63,990 bases of DNA, filler included, from Octopus bimaculoides (GCF_001194135.2; 6 parts of 5 records of this genome joined end to end with filler, not necessarily neighbours in it); one strand, 5' to 3'. Shown: positions 1 through 13,687, counted from the first letter of the whole stretch. Notes: generated by a model not told the origin, from the sequence alone. Translations and numbers: made by a program.

Positions 1-31
<31 letters not shown>

Positions 32-680
32 TAAAGTTCTGAATGAATTATGTTATTTCTTTTGCTGTGCGTTAAATTACAACTCAAATCCTATGGAAAT
101 ACATTTTTCCTATTCTGTCAATCCTGTTTGTGATGAGCGTATTTCAAAACCTGATCTTCCATTTAAACTTACAAGAAAGCGATCTCAGATATCATGTTCT
201 TTACCTATTGTTTCTAGCATGTCCGAGATGACATTTGCGTACTCCACCTATTTATTTCCTTAATTCACTCACATTCCTATGTTTTCTATACAGGATATTT
301 GCATTTCCCCCGAGAGCAGGTAGCTGATGGGTGGCTGAAGTGGGGGAAGGGGCATTCAGTATTTCTTTCCGAAAAATTAAACTTTCAGAAACAAATTATA
401 TTTCCCACATTCATATTCTCTGTACTTTTTCGCGTGGATAAAAAGCAAAATTCGAAAAATAGTTAAAAATTAGGATATTTTGGTGGGGAGGGGAGAAATA
501 TTAATTTTGAAAACGTGATTTCTGTGCAAAATCATATTAACCCATTTCTATTCGATGAAACACTACATAGTTGGTGATCCTTCTGAAGAACATAAATCAC
601 TTTCATGCAAATTGTATTTCCCCACCCACTTCACTTCTGGACATACAATAGTTTCCTTTACATCAGTCATCCACTCCGCT

Positions 681-1068
681 GTTGTTGTTGTTGGCACTCC
701 GTCGCTTACGACGTCGAGAGTTCTAGTTGATCCGATCAACGGAACAGCCTGCTCGTAAAATTAACGTGCAAGTGGCTGAGCATTCCACAGACACGTGTAC
801 CATTAACATAGTTCTCGGGGATAATCAGCGTGACACAGTGTGACAAGGCTGACCCTTTGAATTACAGGCACATCAGAAACAGGAAGTAAGAGTGAGAGAA
901 AGTTTTGGTGAAAGAGTACAGTAGGGTTCACCACCATCCCCTGCCGGAGCCTCGTGGAGCTTTTAGGTGTTTCCGCTCAATAAACACTCACAACGCCCGG
1001 TCTGGGAATCGAAACCGCGATCCTGTGACCGCGAGTCCGCTCTAACCACTGGGCCATTGCGCCTCCAC
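681..1068 (-). mobile_element. tRNA-derived SINE (family D), full length, with (GTT)n tail and target-site duplication
   Basis: The minus strand starts GTGGAGGCGCAATGGCCCAGTGGTTAGAGCGG...GGTTTCGATTCC (Pol III A/B-box-like head). The (GTT)4 tail is at 681-692. The flanking direct repeat atccactccgct (669-680) / atccaccccgct (1070-1081) has one mismatch. Confidence 0.85.
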
Positions 1069-1301
1069 TATCCACCCCGCTATATATCAGCTAACAGAAT
1101 GCATTACGCTTATCAACACAGAACATAGCGAAATCATTCAGAGTTTACCGCTTCTTCTCAAAATAACTGTATACAAATTGACATATGAATTTTTCCACAT
1201 CTCTTCATTTGTTACTAAAAAATGAAATCATACAATGCACAACTTCAAATTGCTATGTCTTCCATCTCATATGTTCCTTAATCGTTCGCTCTTTTTAGCC
1301 A

Positions 1302-2708
1302 TGCCACCAAAACGAAGACATTCTAATTTATCTCCACAAACAAGGGCTGCAAAGAAAACTGCTTCTATTCGTGCTTAAGAAAACTCACTTCAGTGACGCC
1401 CAAATGTACAATATTTCAAAACGACCATCGACGGCGGAAGTTTTGCTCTAAACTACGCTTATTGTCTGGGGTGAATGCACGATGGCATACCGTGGTGCAC
1501 CAGAAGCCCTAGTTAGGACACTAAGGAATATTAGAAACAACACTGCCATTATGGGGGATGGGGCATAACTGTTGTCCCAGCAGGGGATTTCCGTCAAATA
1601 TTACCAGTCATACAACGGGGTACATGAGCTGATGAGATCCACGTGTCTTCACTTCAGTAGAGGTTTGTTCGTCAGTTTTTATTAAGCAAGAATATGCGAG
1701 CTCATCTCTACAACGATCCCTCATCTGAGGAATTCTGTCAAACATTTCTCCAAATTAGAAATGGCGCCTTACCGTTGATTAACACCTTGCAACAGCATGT
1801 ACTGTTATATGGGGGGCACATGGTGTCTACATTGGCCGAGCTTAAAGGAAAGGTATTTCTCACATTGCACGACAACTCCAAAAACATAGCATGGTTCTCA
1901 GAGAGAGCTATTTTAACACCTTGGAATGAAAGCGTTGATAAAGTAAACCATGAATTCCTCCACATTCTGCCTGGAGATACTTTAACGTTTGTCTCCATTG
2001 ATACTACCATCGATGAAGATGTTGCTCTTCAGTATCCAGTTGAATTTCTCAACTGTCTACAACCCATAAGACTGCCACCACATAAGTCGTTCCAAGAGAA
2101 AGGTGCACCGATCATGCTCTTGAGGAATTTGGACCCACCACGACTATGCAATGGTAAGCAACCATTATTGCTGGCTGCCATTGAGAAGAGATCGCATACA
2201 TTCCACGTATGCCCCTTATTCCCTTAAATGTGCTATTTTAATTCAAGCGCCTCAGGTTCCCAGTGCGATTGTGCTTTGTTAAGATAATCAACGAAGCCAA
2301 GGGTCAAACTTTAAAAATTGTGGGTCTCAATTTACAAATACCCTACTTTTTCATAGACAACTATATGTCGCATGCTCTCGAGGTATCTTTCCATTTACCT
2401 TACTTTCTGCAATACGGATACCTCTACGTCCTCATAAGTCATCCAATTCTTTACGTCCGTAAGTCTAGGTCATTTGGGAGGAGGGGGACAATGTTAGGAT
2501 TTCATTCTAATCTAAGCTGCCATTCTACATGATTTTGGTGTGAACAATTTCAACATTGTTCATCACAAAATGACCGAAAAACATGTTTATAAACAAGAAT
2601 TGTTTGCTTCACACTCTTCGTGTGTCGATTCTGCTCATAAGAAAGAAACAAATAATGCAATGTGGCTGTAGGTCATAACACCCGGGCAATGCCGTGATAT
2701 ATTGCTAG
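1302..2708 (+). mobile_element. Degenerate, internally deleted Helitron (PIF1-like helicase remnant plus intact 3' terminus)
   Basis: Frame-broken PIF1 helicase motifs: LIVWGECTMA (~1458), AGDFRQILPVI (~1590), ILTPWNESVDKVN, QYPVEFLNCL, PIMLLRNLDPPRLCNG, FPVRLCF..INEAKGQTL, QLYVACSR (~2350). The 3' end has a cccgggcaatgccgtg hairpin-like motif (2681-2696), CTAG (2705-2708) and a following T. A short MPPKRR... ORF start at 1302 joins the helicase without a Rep/HUH domain. The 5' TC end was not identified. Confidence 0.9.
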
Positions 2709-2794
2709 TATATTTCTATATAAATAGCATTATAAAAAATCATACACACCAAACATGTTACGTAATACCCGACTGCTGTTAATAATTGTTACTA

Positions 2795-2999
2795 ATATAG
2801 GCACAAGGCCAGAAAATTTTAGAGTAAGGGTGGCCCGCTGATGCACTTAATCTCAGCACTTTTGTACTTTATTTTACCCTTTCCGCAAAGATGACTGGTG
2901 AAGTTGTCCTCTGCAGAATTTGTACTCAGAATGTAATTAGTCGTAATAAATACTACATTTTTTTTCTTACGCCGAAACAGCTCTGCCAGCTCATCACCA
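2795..2999 (-). mobile_element. tRNA-derived SINE (family A), diverged copy
   Basis: Reverse complement of the family-A consensus (ggtgagctggcagaatcg...gagttcaaattc...gccttgtgcc) seen in many other copies in the window. Confidence 0.7.
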
Positions 3000-4005
3000 T
3001 ATTACCAATGCATAGAATATGAGGGATGACATAAAACTAGCATCACTTCTCGTACGATAGAAAGCTTTACCCACCTCTTACAATATTTTCCAAATGCATG
3101 ACGCCAAATCTTGGTCATCGCTAAAGTCAAGGTTGCGATTCATTTTATTTTAGGAGAGATGGTAATACTTGAGTCACAAGCAGAGGTGAAATCTTCTCAT
3201 TATCCAGAGACTTATTCAGATACCGTTGCTTCAGTATGTTGTTGAGCATCGACATTCAAAGGATTCCCAGACCTCCATCCAAATGGTTCTGCAGAGACTG
3301 GTGGCTTGTTGCTCAGTCAAAGAAGCTATCGCCCCACTGGGGCAGTGTTTGTTCATAATTGCCTAACAGATTCCCTACAGTAAAAAGAACATCAATAAAT
3401 ATTTGTGTAACAAAATTGAAATAAGAAAATCTATAAAACGTGGAACTTCTATCAGTCTCGGTTCGGTATCATGGATAAATGTTTTTAATGGCACAGTAGG
3501 AAGACGAAATAGGGATGCTCACTATGTTTGGGATGACCACCTAGACAGGCTGGGACTCGAGAGATGAACCTACAAAATCAAAAAGTATGAAATCAGCTAT
3601 ATCATTGGATACATCAATGCAGTCTATGCTTGGTGCGACAAATAACTCCAGACCTGTGGAATTCTAGTATCGCAATGACAGCCACAGAAGGGTTATAAGT
3701 ACAATTTATGAATAACAAAACCCTTTCTTCTTGTCGCCTATCAGTCTATCGCTCATCCATTCACATAGTCATGAATAGCTCACCTTAATCGTACTGCTAC
3801 TAAAAATCTTATAGCTATGAATTGTCCGGGAATAAAAAAAAAAAGAAATTAAATTTAGGAAATCTTTGATGATATATATTCTTAAGTTTAAACAAAAATT
3901 TTGCTAATACGTCAAAATATTTCATTGTCTATTTTCATGATATGAGACAAATTTTACGTAAAAAGCAGACTGGCAATATTTGTGTGTGAATATGTTTATA
4001 CATAT

Positions 4006-5138
4006 TAATACATACATACATACATACATACATACATACAGATAGATAGATTGATATGTGTGTATGCATAATTTACATATACACAGTTATATATATTTAT
4101 GCACACATGCATACACACACATACATATGTATGCTATCTGTGATATATATTAAATTTATTCAATACTTACAGTTTAGAGCGTGTTTTTGTTTTGTATAAT
4201 TTTTGACTCTACAAGTATAACACACACATACACACACACACATTCATTTATTTACATGAATTTCATGTATTTATTTATTTACTTGTATTTCATTATGCGT
4301 ATGAGTGTTTGTATGAATACAGCCACGGTATGTTGAGGTCATATCAGAATAACACTGTGAACCAAAATATGTTAAGGTCAGCATATTCTCCCCTGACAAA
4401 TTCAGTGATTTATCAAAGACATAACGTATGAAATGCACTTTCAATATAAAATGTTCATATCTCTAACAATTACACAAATACGAACATTCACACATACATG
4501 TATATATATACATATACCTATGCACTGACATACACACACATACACACGCACATATGAATATATATGTGTATTTTTTATATAAGTCATTAAGTATATGTAT
4601 ACACACACATGCACACACGCATATCTCAATATATCAATATATATATATGCATGTATGTATATATATAGGTATATACACGTATTCTTTCATTGTCTATAAG
4701 TATATGTCTGTCTGTCTTTCTGTCTATCTACCTACCTATCTCTCTCTATATGTATGTGTGTGCGTGTGTGCATACATAGACATATAAACAGAGCATTATA
4801 CATTATACATCTCACTTCACAATAAAGTGATTATTTCAAAGTAGACTGGGTAAAGCAAAAGATAAATTGTATTACACAAAAATAAAGAAAGTTCATAGTT
4901 TCATTCGCAATAAAGAAACAAGCCATAAGAGAAACAAGCAATACAGTGTAATATCAAAAGATTTGTATCAGAAACATTATTCCTCAAATACTTACCATTT
5001 CGTAAAATTACCAATAGAATTTTCAAAATTACCGGTAGTAATTCTGTTCAAAATTCACTTTTGTAATGTCTCTTCTTTCGCAGTAATATAGATAAATAAA
5101 TAAATACTTACATAGATATGTGCGTAAATACATAAGTA

Positions 5139-5172
<34 letters not shown>

Positions 5173-5198
5173 CATACATACATACATGTATGTATATG

Positions 5199-5230
<32 letters not shown>

Positions 5231-5425
5231 CAAACACATGGATACATATGTATGTATATAAGCTCTAAGAGCATAGATACATAAGTTCGTATATAGACAT
5301 ATTTTACGTATGTATGTATTCATGTATATATGTATCCATATACACATACCATATAGGCATACATACATATGCTATATATATGTATATATACATATGTGCA
5401 TATGTATATACATATACACCCACCA

Positions 5426-5459
<34 letters not shown>

Positions 5460-5502
5460 ACATACATACATACATACATACATACATAAATACATACATA
5501 CA

Positions 5503-5534
<32 letters not shown>

Positions 5535-6080
5535 CATATAGATTTGTTTTGAGTGTGTTTTAGTCTTGTTTCTGATCTGACATTGTCTCATCTTTTTATG
5601 TTCTCTTGATGCTTGTTTCTGTTTTTTTTTTCTTTCTAACAATTCTCTTATTTTTCCAACATTTTTATTTAAAAAAGCCTTATTTAAAAAAAATATTTGC
5701 GAAGACTTTAATATTTTCAAACTCATGAGAATATCTCAATGTTGAAATCCTTAGAACATTCTAGTAAAAGATCAAAGAAATCTAGTTTATACATAATATA
5801 ATTGAAATTTACGTTTAGATTATTTCAATTGGATTCTGCGTAAATACACATTGTAAAAATATTTATTGTATAAGAATTAGCTCCTGTATTTTCACTTTAT
5901 GACTAGATACTTCTACAGGAAAATAATGCTCCTTGTGCACCATACAAAAGGTTTTATGTGAAAACAACATTACTAGATCTAGCTATGCTTTCGAAAGTAT
6001 ACAATAAACATACAAGTTACAAGCTCACACGTTCACAGGCACATACCCCCGCTCACACACGTTTCAATATACATCTACCT

Positions 6081-6114
<34 letters not shown>

Positions 6115-6223
6115 ACTCTCTCTCTCTCTCTCACTCTCACTCTCTCTCTCTCTTTATCAATCTATCTATTTATCTCTGTTTCTGTGTTTATAAAATGTAT
6201 GTATGTGCACACGGTTCCATCTG

Positions 6224-6298
<75 letters not shown>

Positions 6299-6300
6299 GT
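4006..6300. repeat. Dense microsatellite tract: (TACA)n, (TA)n, (CA)n, (TATC)n, (CT)n
   Basis: Directly visible simple repeats, e.g. (catA)n ~4006-4040, 5140-5190 and 5460-5530, (TATC)n 5430-5457 and 6225-6298, (CT)n 6080-6150. These explain the YI/YIH/LSIY-type ORFs in the track. Confidence 0.95.
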
Positions 6301-7039
6301 CTATCAGTACGTATGTACAAGCATCCCTACAGACAGGATCATAGAATTANNNNNNNNNNGCATCCCTACAGACAGGATCATAGAATTATATAAATATATA
6401 CATTCGTGAAAATGTACGTGTATAGATATTCCTATTCATATTTATAATACATCTATACGTAGGGATGTATAAACATATGCATTACTTATACATATGAATA
6501 TTTCCATATGCATATACATACACTCACAAGCACACATACTCACACACTCTCAGACATATTCATACAATACGTACACACATACATACTTGTGTGTATAGGT
6601 GAATATGTGTGTGTGTGTGTGTGTGTGTGTGTTCGTTCCTTGTGTATAGTTTTATATAAAACAGTCGAACATTAAATTGAAGAATTAAAAACACCTTAAA
6701 GTAGAGTTTTATCGATTTTATTTTTACAATTTACAAGTGTTGACAGTTATCTCGAAGTTGTATATATATGTACATATGTACACACACGCACACATATGAA
6801 AACACATATACATATATACTTATACATATATACATATATACATACACACACACACACATAAACACACATTTTTGCTGTTAAGAATAATGCTTCTCATATG
6901 TATAAAGGAATTAGAAGAGATACTGTAATCATGATTATAGGATCCGTGGGTTCACGCTACAAGAGCACCTTTAACTATTAATATTCAAAAGGGTCTTTCA
7001 GTTCAATATTTGCGTGCTATTATCTATAGGTTCATAAGT

Positions 7040-7236
7040 TAGTGAGCTGGCAGAATCGTTTCACTAAATGCATAGTGGCATTTCGCCCTAATTTACAATC
7101 TGAGTTCAGATTCTGTCGCAGTCGACTTCACCTTATATCCTTTTCGGGGCCGTTAAAATAAGTAGCACTGGGGCCGATGTAATCGATTCACACCCCTCCC
7201 ACGGAATTTCAGGCCTTCTGCCAAAATTTGAAACCT
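7040..7236 (+). mobile_element. tRNA-derived SINE (family A)
   Basis: gtgagctggcagaatcg head, ctgagttcagattc B-box-like motif, gtcgacttcacc...tcctttcgggg...aaaataagtagcactgggg central domain and gccttctgccaaaatttgaa tail. Confidence 0.8.
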
Positions 7237-7554
7237 CAAATCTTCATATATATATATCATGCATGTACCCCCATTACATAATTTTCATCTACTAATTACT
7301 CTGGCGTACAGGAGCTATAGGGATAGAATGGGGCATGCCAATGCTAGGCCGAAACAGCTGTAAATTTCAATCACTTCTCGAATTACTAAATGTCCTTTAT
7401 ATTTGTAACCTCATTTGTTACTATGACACGGTATGTCATAACTATCTGTATTGTGGTTTTTGTCAATTTAGTTATAAAATAAACAGATTAATCAACGGAA
7501 TATATTGTCTGCAAGTCGATGGATACCGCATATTCCCCTCCATTTTCTCATTGC

Positions 7555-7586
<32 letters not shown>

Positions 7587-8385
7587 NNNNNNNNNNNNNN
7601 NNNNNNNNNNNNNNNNNNNNNNNNNNNNNNNNNNNNNNNNNNNNNNNNNNNNNNNNNNNNNNNNNNNNNNNNNNNNNNNNNNNNNNNNNNNNNNNNNNNN
7701 NNNNNNNNNNNNNNNNNNNNNNNNNNNNNNNNNNNNNNNNNNNNNNNNNNNNNNNNNNNNNNNNNNNNNNNNNNNNNNNNNNNNNNNNNNNNNNNNNNNN
7801 NNNNNNNNNNNNNNNNNNNNNNNNNNNNNNNNNNNNNNNNNNNNNNNNNNNNNNNNNNNNNNNNNNNNNNNNNNNNNNNNNNNNNNNNNNNNNNNNNNNN
7901 NNNNNNNNNNNNNNNNNNNNNNNNNNNNNNNNNNNNNNNNNNNNNNNNNNNNNNNNNNNNNNNNNNNNNNNNNNNNNNNNNNNNNNNNNNNNNNNNNNNN
8001 NNNNNNNNNNNNNNNNNNNNNNNNNNNNNNNNNNNNNNNNNNNNNNNNNNNNNNNNNNNNNNNNNNNNNNNNNNNNNNNNNNNNNNNNNNNNNNNNNNNN
8101 NNNNNNNNNNNNNNNNNNNNNNNNNNNNNNNNNNNNNNNNNNNNNNNNNNNNNNNNNNNNNNNNNNNNNNNNNNNNNNNNNNNNNNNNNNNNNNNNNNNN
8201 NNNNNNNNNNNNNNNNNNNNNNNNNNNNNNNNNNNNNNNNNNNNNNNNNNNNNNNNNNNNNNNNNNNNNNNNNNNNNNNNNNNNNNNNNNNNNNNNNNNN
8301 NNNNNNNNNNNNNNNNNNNNNNNNNNNNNNNNNNNNNNNNNNNNNNNNNNNNNNNNNNNNNNNNNNNNNNNNNNNNNNNNNNNNC

Positions 8386-9311
8386 TGGAGACAATGGTGT
8401 CAAGCAGGGTGACATCCTTGCCTCAACTCTCTTTTCTTTGCTGCTGCTTTTACTCATGCTTTTGCTAAGGTTAGCTCTCTGGGAATATATGTCAGATATC
8501 GATCTTCTAGCCGCCTCTTTAATCTTCGCCGATTTGCTGCCAATTCAAAGGTTCTCCAGTGAATTAGTCACTCATACAGTAGATGACATGCAAATACTCA
8601 TGAATTGCATTTCTGCTTCTTGCAAGGCATTTGGACTTGGCATTAGCCTGGACAAGACTGTTGTAATGTTCCAGCCTGCATCAGGAAATCCATATGTGAA
8701 ACCAGCTATCTTGGTTGAAGGAACAATTCCGAAGGTAGTAGACAAGTTTGTCTACCTGGGCAGCACACTCAGCCGTTCTTGCTCCCTGGATGAGGAAATA
8801 TGTTTCAGGTTGCAGAGAGCAACTAATTCCTTCCGGTCTCTTCAATCTCGTGTCTGGTCCCAGCATGGCATAGCAAAGCAAACAAAAGTTGCTGTGAACC
8901 GTGCATGTGTACTGACATCGCTCCTCTACTCGTGTGAAACATAGACTCTGTACAAACGTCAGGTAAGGGTCCTTGAACGCTTTCATCACAGATGACTCAG
9001 TCACATTCTCAATGTTTGCTGGACCTCAATGATTCCAGACACACAGGTCCTGAGGACAGCTGATATCTTGAGTATTGAGGCGATGGTGCACAAGCACCGG
9101 TTACGTTGGACTGGACACTTTATTAGAATGAAGGATAGCAGGATTCCTAAGCACATGCTCTATGGAGAACTTGTGAATGGAAGGAGACTCCGGCAGAAAC
9201 CAAGGCTGCGCTTTAAGGACTGTGTCAAGTCCTCATTAAAGGCCTGTGATATGCAGGACACTGACTGGGAGAACAATGCCTGTCATCGCCACGGATGGAG
9301 GAAGCAGGTTA
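8386..9311 (+). pseudogene. RTE-clade (BovB-like) non-LTR retrotransposon ORF2 fragment, RT C-terminal half and thumb, inactivated
   Basis: GVKQGDILA, FGLGISLDKT, VDKFVYLGSTLS, LLYSCET*TLYKRQVRVLERFHHR*L, SIEAMVHKHRLRWTGHFIRMKDSRIPKHMLYGEL...KPRLRFKDCVKSSLK. There are in-frame stops and the YADD-type motif appears lost. The fragment is bounded by N gaps on both sides. Confidence 0.9.
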
Positions 9312-10959
9312 NNNNNNNNNNNNNNNNNNNNNNNNNNNNNNNNNNNNNNNNNNNNNNNNNNNNNNNNNNNNNNNNNNNNNNNNNNNNNNNNNNNNNNNNN
9401 NNNNNNNNNNNNNNNNNNNNNNNNNNNNNNNNNNNNNNNNNNNNNNNNNNNNNNNNNNNNNNNNNNNNNNNNNNNNNNNNNNNNNNNNNNNNNNNNNNNN
9501 NNNNNNNNNNNNNNNNNNNNNNNNNNNNNNNNNNNNNNNNNNNNNNNNNNNNNNNNNNNNNNNNNNATATATATATATATATAATAATTCTGATTTCTCC
9601 GAAATGCTAGTTTTGGGAATACATAGACCCAATTACCGATACTTTTCATTCTGGAAAATTTATGAATCTCTGTATCTCAGCACTTAAACAAAAGAAACTC
9701 GTGATGTGTGCAATAGAGTTAGAGAAAGATTCGTGCAAGATGAGTCATGATTAATATGTATTGTTGATTACAATTAGTTACTATCATTATATTGCTGTTA
9801 ATGTCATATTGGGACAGTATGAAGGGCATAACATCTTATTTTCTTTTGCCTTTGAATAGAAATCTTTCTAGTTATTTTTCATACAAAAGTAATATTTTCA
9901 ACATTTCTTTGCTAAGATTTATGTGAATAATATTTCATCTCATTAGGTTTCGGAAAAATAAAACAATATACAGAGAAAAGAAAAAGAACTAGTGAAAACC
10001 CACATGCTAAACGTCATAGAAAAATTAACATGAATTTCTGTTAAGCCATTCGTGTAATCTGGAATCATCCAAATTATTATTTAATCATTAATAGCATTTC
10101 TGTTGATTCTGATTTGATGAAGGGAACACAAGTTTTGTGGCAATTATTTAGGAATAACAAATGGTTTGTTAAAAACATGAATTATATTAAAAGACGAATT
10201 TAAGTATCTATTTGTCAGTGCTCTAGTGAAGAAGAGGAAAGTAGTTTGCAGTGAAATTTATTTGCACATATAATGGGTGTTTATTCTATTTCAAAGATAG
10301 GCAAAATACGGGATTTAGAAAAAATATATATCTAATTCATAATAGCACAGTATAATAGATATAAAATTGATTTAAAATTAAAGGAAATATAAAAATGGAA
10401 AACAAAGCATTGTAACGTAGATCAGTTTGTTTTTCTGATGATCAAATCAATTACTTAATTTATCAAAATTGGATTGGAAGTATTCACAAATGGGCTATAA
10501 ACTGCATTGAATGCATAACTCGGATCAACGTGGTCTAGTTATGTTTTACACTGTGAATGGTCAATGCACCATTGAATCACCCCGTATCTATATTTGCAAC
10601 TAGATGAAGTGAACTTGGAGATTAAGTGTCTTATTTATTAGACATAACACGTATTGTTTGCTACAGCATATGAACTACAGATTCTGTGACAAGAAAAGTT
10701 TGCACAAAACATGTCTGACGCTCCATTTCACTAAGATATATGTTAGCAAAATAACATCAACAACAATAATTACGGGTTCAAATTTTGCCACAAGGACAGC
10801 AAATTTTGTGTAGCTCAACTAGTACTCATTTTATCGACCCCGAAAAGATAAAAGGCAATGTCGACCTCGGTGAAATAATAATAATAATATTAATAATAAT
10901 AATGATCATGTTTTCTTTTTTTTGCTATTACTGTGCGGTATTATTAGATGTTGTTTAGT

Positions 10960-11384
10960 TTCGACTTTTGGAGCAAAGATGGCATATCAAGACACTTACA
11001 ATACCAGTGATTGTAGGAGCACTTGGAATGATAAAAAAAGGAACTGAAAATTATTTAAGAATGATCCCTGGCTTACTATCCATACAAGAAGTGCAGAATA
11101 TTGTCTTAACTGGTACGTCACACGTATTGAGCAGAGCATTGTCGCTGTAAAGTTTCTTTCCTCTTTTGTCCTTTATTTTCTTAGTTTACTTTTCTATTTT
11201 TTACTTTTCCCTTTTCTCTCTGTCTTTCTTCCTCCTTTTCTCTATCACCTAACCTTTGTAAATGAACAATCTGGTGTGTTTATCTTAGTGGCCTGCAAAT
11301 GTATGCAGTGCGTTACTCTGCCCTAGATGTCAGGAAGACACCCAGCAAGGAAAAGAAACAGAATTGAAAGAAAATGTTGATGAA

Positions 11385-11441
<57 letters not shown>
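10960..11441 (+). mobile_element. 5'-truncated R4/Dong-like (RLE-type) non-LTR retrotransposon 3' end with (AAT)n tail
   Basis: ORF 10968-11150 reads WHIKTLTIPVIVGALGMIKKGTENYLRMIPGLLSIQEVQNIVLTGTSHVLSRALS*, resembling the end of the R4-clade restriction-like endonuclease domain. A ~230-nt 3'UTR and (AAT)n follow at ~11385-11441, with further AAT repeats at ~10875-10903. Confidence 0.75.
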
Positions 11442-11444
<3 letters not shown>

Positions 11445-11930
11445 AAATGGAACCCATAACAAAACCAACCAAAAAGAGAAAGAACGGGGGACGGATAATC
11501 ATAAATAGTATAAAATAGTTGATTAATGAGTTACACACACACGCTGCTATGCAGAACCCCTCCAAAAATATGCAAGAATAAGCTCATACTGTAAATACCC
11601 AACAAAATGAACAAAGCCCGCAACATGTGCTATAGAAGGCCGACACCCGACATGAGAAGACAACCTGCGCTGCACAAACAACACACAATATAAAAACTAA
11701 TACAACAGAAGACTCAGACAAAACACCCATAACAAAATGTACTGGTACAATAAAATATCCCACCCCACCAAAAAGAAAAATTGCAGCACACACCACCCCA
11801 CCAGCAGAAAGGTGCAACAAATGATGCAATAGAATAATCAGGAAAGTACCTGATAGTTGAAAAGAATGGATAGCATTGTCCCGTATGCTTCAGCCAGCAA
11901 GCCCCGCTACGCATGTAAATCTGATATAAA

Positions 11931-11932
<2 letters not shown>

Positions 11933-11997
<65 letters not shown>

Positions 11998-12010
11998 GTA
12001 ATAATAATAA
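11933..12010. repeat. (AAT)n microsatellite
   Basis: Directly visible. Confidence 0.95.
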
Positions 12011-12239
12011 ATATTGTTTTCCCCTAATTGATTAATTATTTCCATTTAGAACTTTAAATTAACTGTTTAATGTAATACTCTGTCATCCAATGTCTCCTTA
12101 TTTATCATTTCTTTCAGGAGGTAAGGGGAACAAGATTTGAATTAAGTTTCACTGCTAGTTCGGTAATCGAGCAACCACGTTGGATTATGAGTATTTCGTG
12201 TTGGTCGGTGTTGTACGAGTGGGTTTTGGAAATTGTCCT

Positions 12240-12492
12240 GATAATGATGATGACTATATTAATGACGGTAACGATGAAGAATACTAGCATGACTATGACG
12301 ATGATGACGACGACGACGACGACGACGATGATGATGATGATGATGATTCCGACAACGATAGAACTGATCGTAATTATGGTAATGACGCCAACGTTGATGT
12401 TGAATTTTATAATGATAAAAAAGAAAATGAACTTAACAACAACAACAACAACAACAATAATAAAATTAATAATAATAATAATGATAATAATG

Positions 12493-12561
<69 letters not shown>

Positions 12562-12566
12562 GTAAC

Positions 12567-12601
<35 letters not shown>

Positions 12602-12620
12602 TAATAATAATAATACTCAT
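12240..12620. repeat. Compound trinucleotide microsatellite (GAT/GAC/AAC/AAT)
   Basis: Directly visible. It produces the poly-I, poly-M/T and poly-L ORFs in the track. Confidence 0.9.
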
Positions 12621-13687
12621 AGTGCTCGGGACGACAGTTATAATTATGTCTTTGTGATCATGAAAGAAACTACTTCCGAGCCAATTACAGATTTATTAAG
12701 AAAAAAATTATCGATTGTTTTTGTTTAACGATTCTCTTCTGCGTTCTGCTGATTCTATTGTCTTCCACTAATGATGCAGAGGTTGCATCTTCCTGCATCT
12801 TGAGCCATTCTTAAAAGTTCTAAACCGTTTTGTACGAGAGAAATTTATACAAGTACTTGACAGAATATTATCCTTGTTAAAGACATAATTATTTTTATTT
12901 GGAATAAAGAAGCTGGATTGTATATAGGCATTCTTTTCCTTTATTTTTTTTTCTGTCTGTGTTACCAACTGTTGCTTGTTTATATTTGTGTCGTCTTTCT
13001 GTGGCACGTTAGCTTACGAACTTTCTTCATGTGAATAGAGGAATATCATTGAAAATAAGGATAAATCTTTACTATTACATCTGTTTCCCTTTAGAGGCAA
13101 AATATTACCTTCAGAACAAGAGATTCGTTCAAACCACAAAAAAAAAAAAAAAACCTACAAAGAGCACAGTTTCTCTTTCAAAATGAGAGGGCTCAATTTT
13201 GACAATTACACCCTTCTCACTTTTAAGGTGAACATTTTTCTTAAAGAACGAACGATATCCGAAGGCTTTAATGATCTGATTCATTCAAATTAAATTTAAA
13301 AGCCACAAACCATGTTTATCTTTAAAGTGAGACAGGAGACACATCTTTTAACCCTTACTTGTTTCAGTCATTGGATTGCGACCATGCTGAGACACTGTTT
13401 TCAAGAGTTTAGTTGAATAGATCAATCCCAAAGCATATTTTTANNNNNNNNNNNNNNNNNNNNNNNNNNNNNNNNNNNNNNNNNNNNNNNNNNNNNNNNN
13501 NNNNNNNNNNNNNNNNNNNNNNNNNNNNNNNNNNNNNNNNNNNNNNNNNNNNNNNNNNNNNNNNNNNNNNNNNNNNNNNNNNNNNNNNNNNNNNNNNNNN
13601 NNNNNNNNNNNNNNNNNNNNNNNNNNNNNNNNNNNNNNNNNNNNNNNNNNNNNNNNNNNNNNNNNNNNNNNNNNNNNNNNNNNNNNN

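Noticed and set aside
3250-3720. GC-richer stretch that might be a decayed retroelement
   Set aside because: I could not recover any diagnostic motif by eye, so it is left unannotated pending a tBLASTN search.
4990-5090. Minus-strand ATG|GTAAGT suggesting a start-codon exon
   Set aside because: A 9-mer of this composition is expected roughly once by chance in this window, and no downstream exons were found.
6320-6390. Direct repeat gcatccctacagacaggatcatagaatta on both sides of a 10-N gap (similar cases at 39212-39300 and 44020-44700)
   Set aside because: Exact duplications flanking small gaps are best explained as unmerged overlapping contig ends.
12114-12657. Poly-Ile, poly-Leu and Asp/Asn-rich ORFs
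   Set aside because: These come from a compound trinucleotide microsatellite, and the D/N frame contains a stop.
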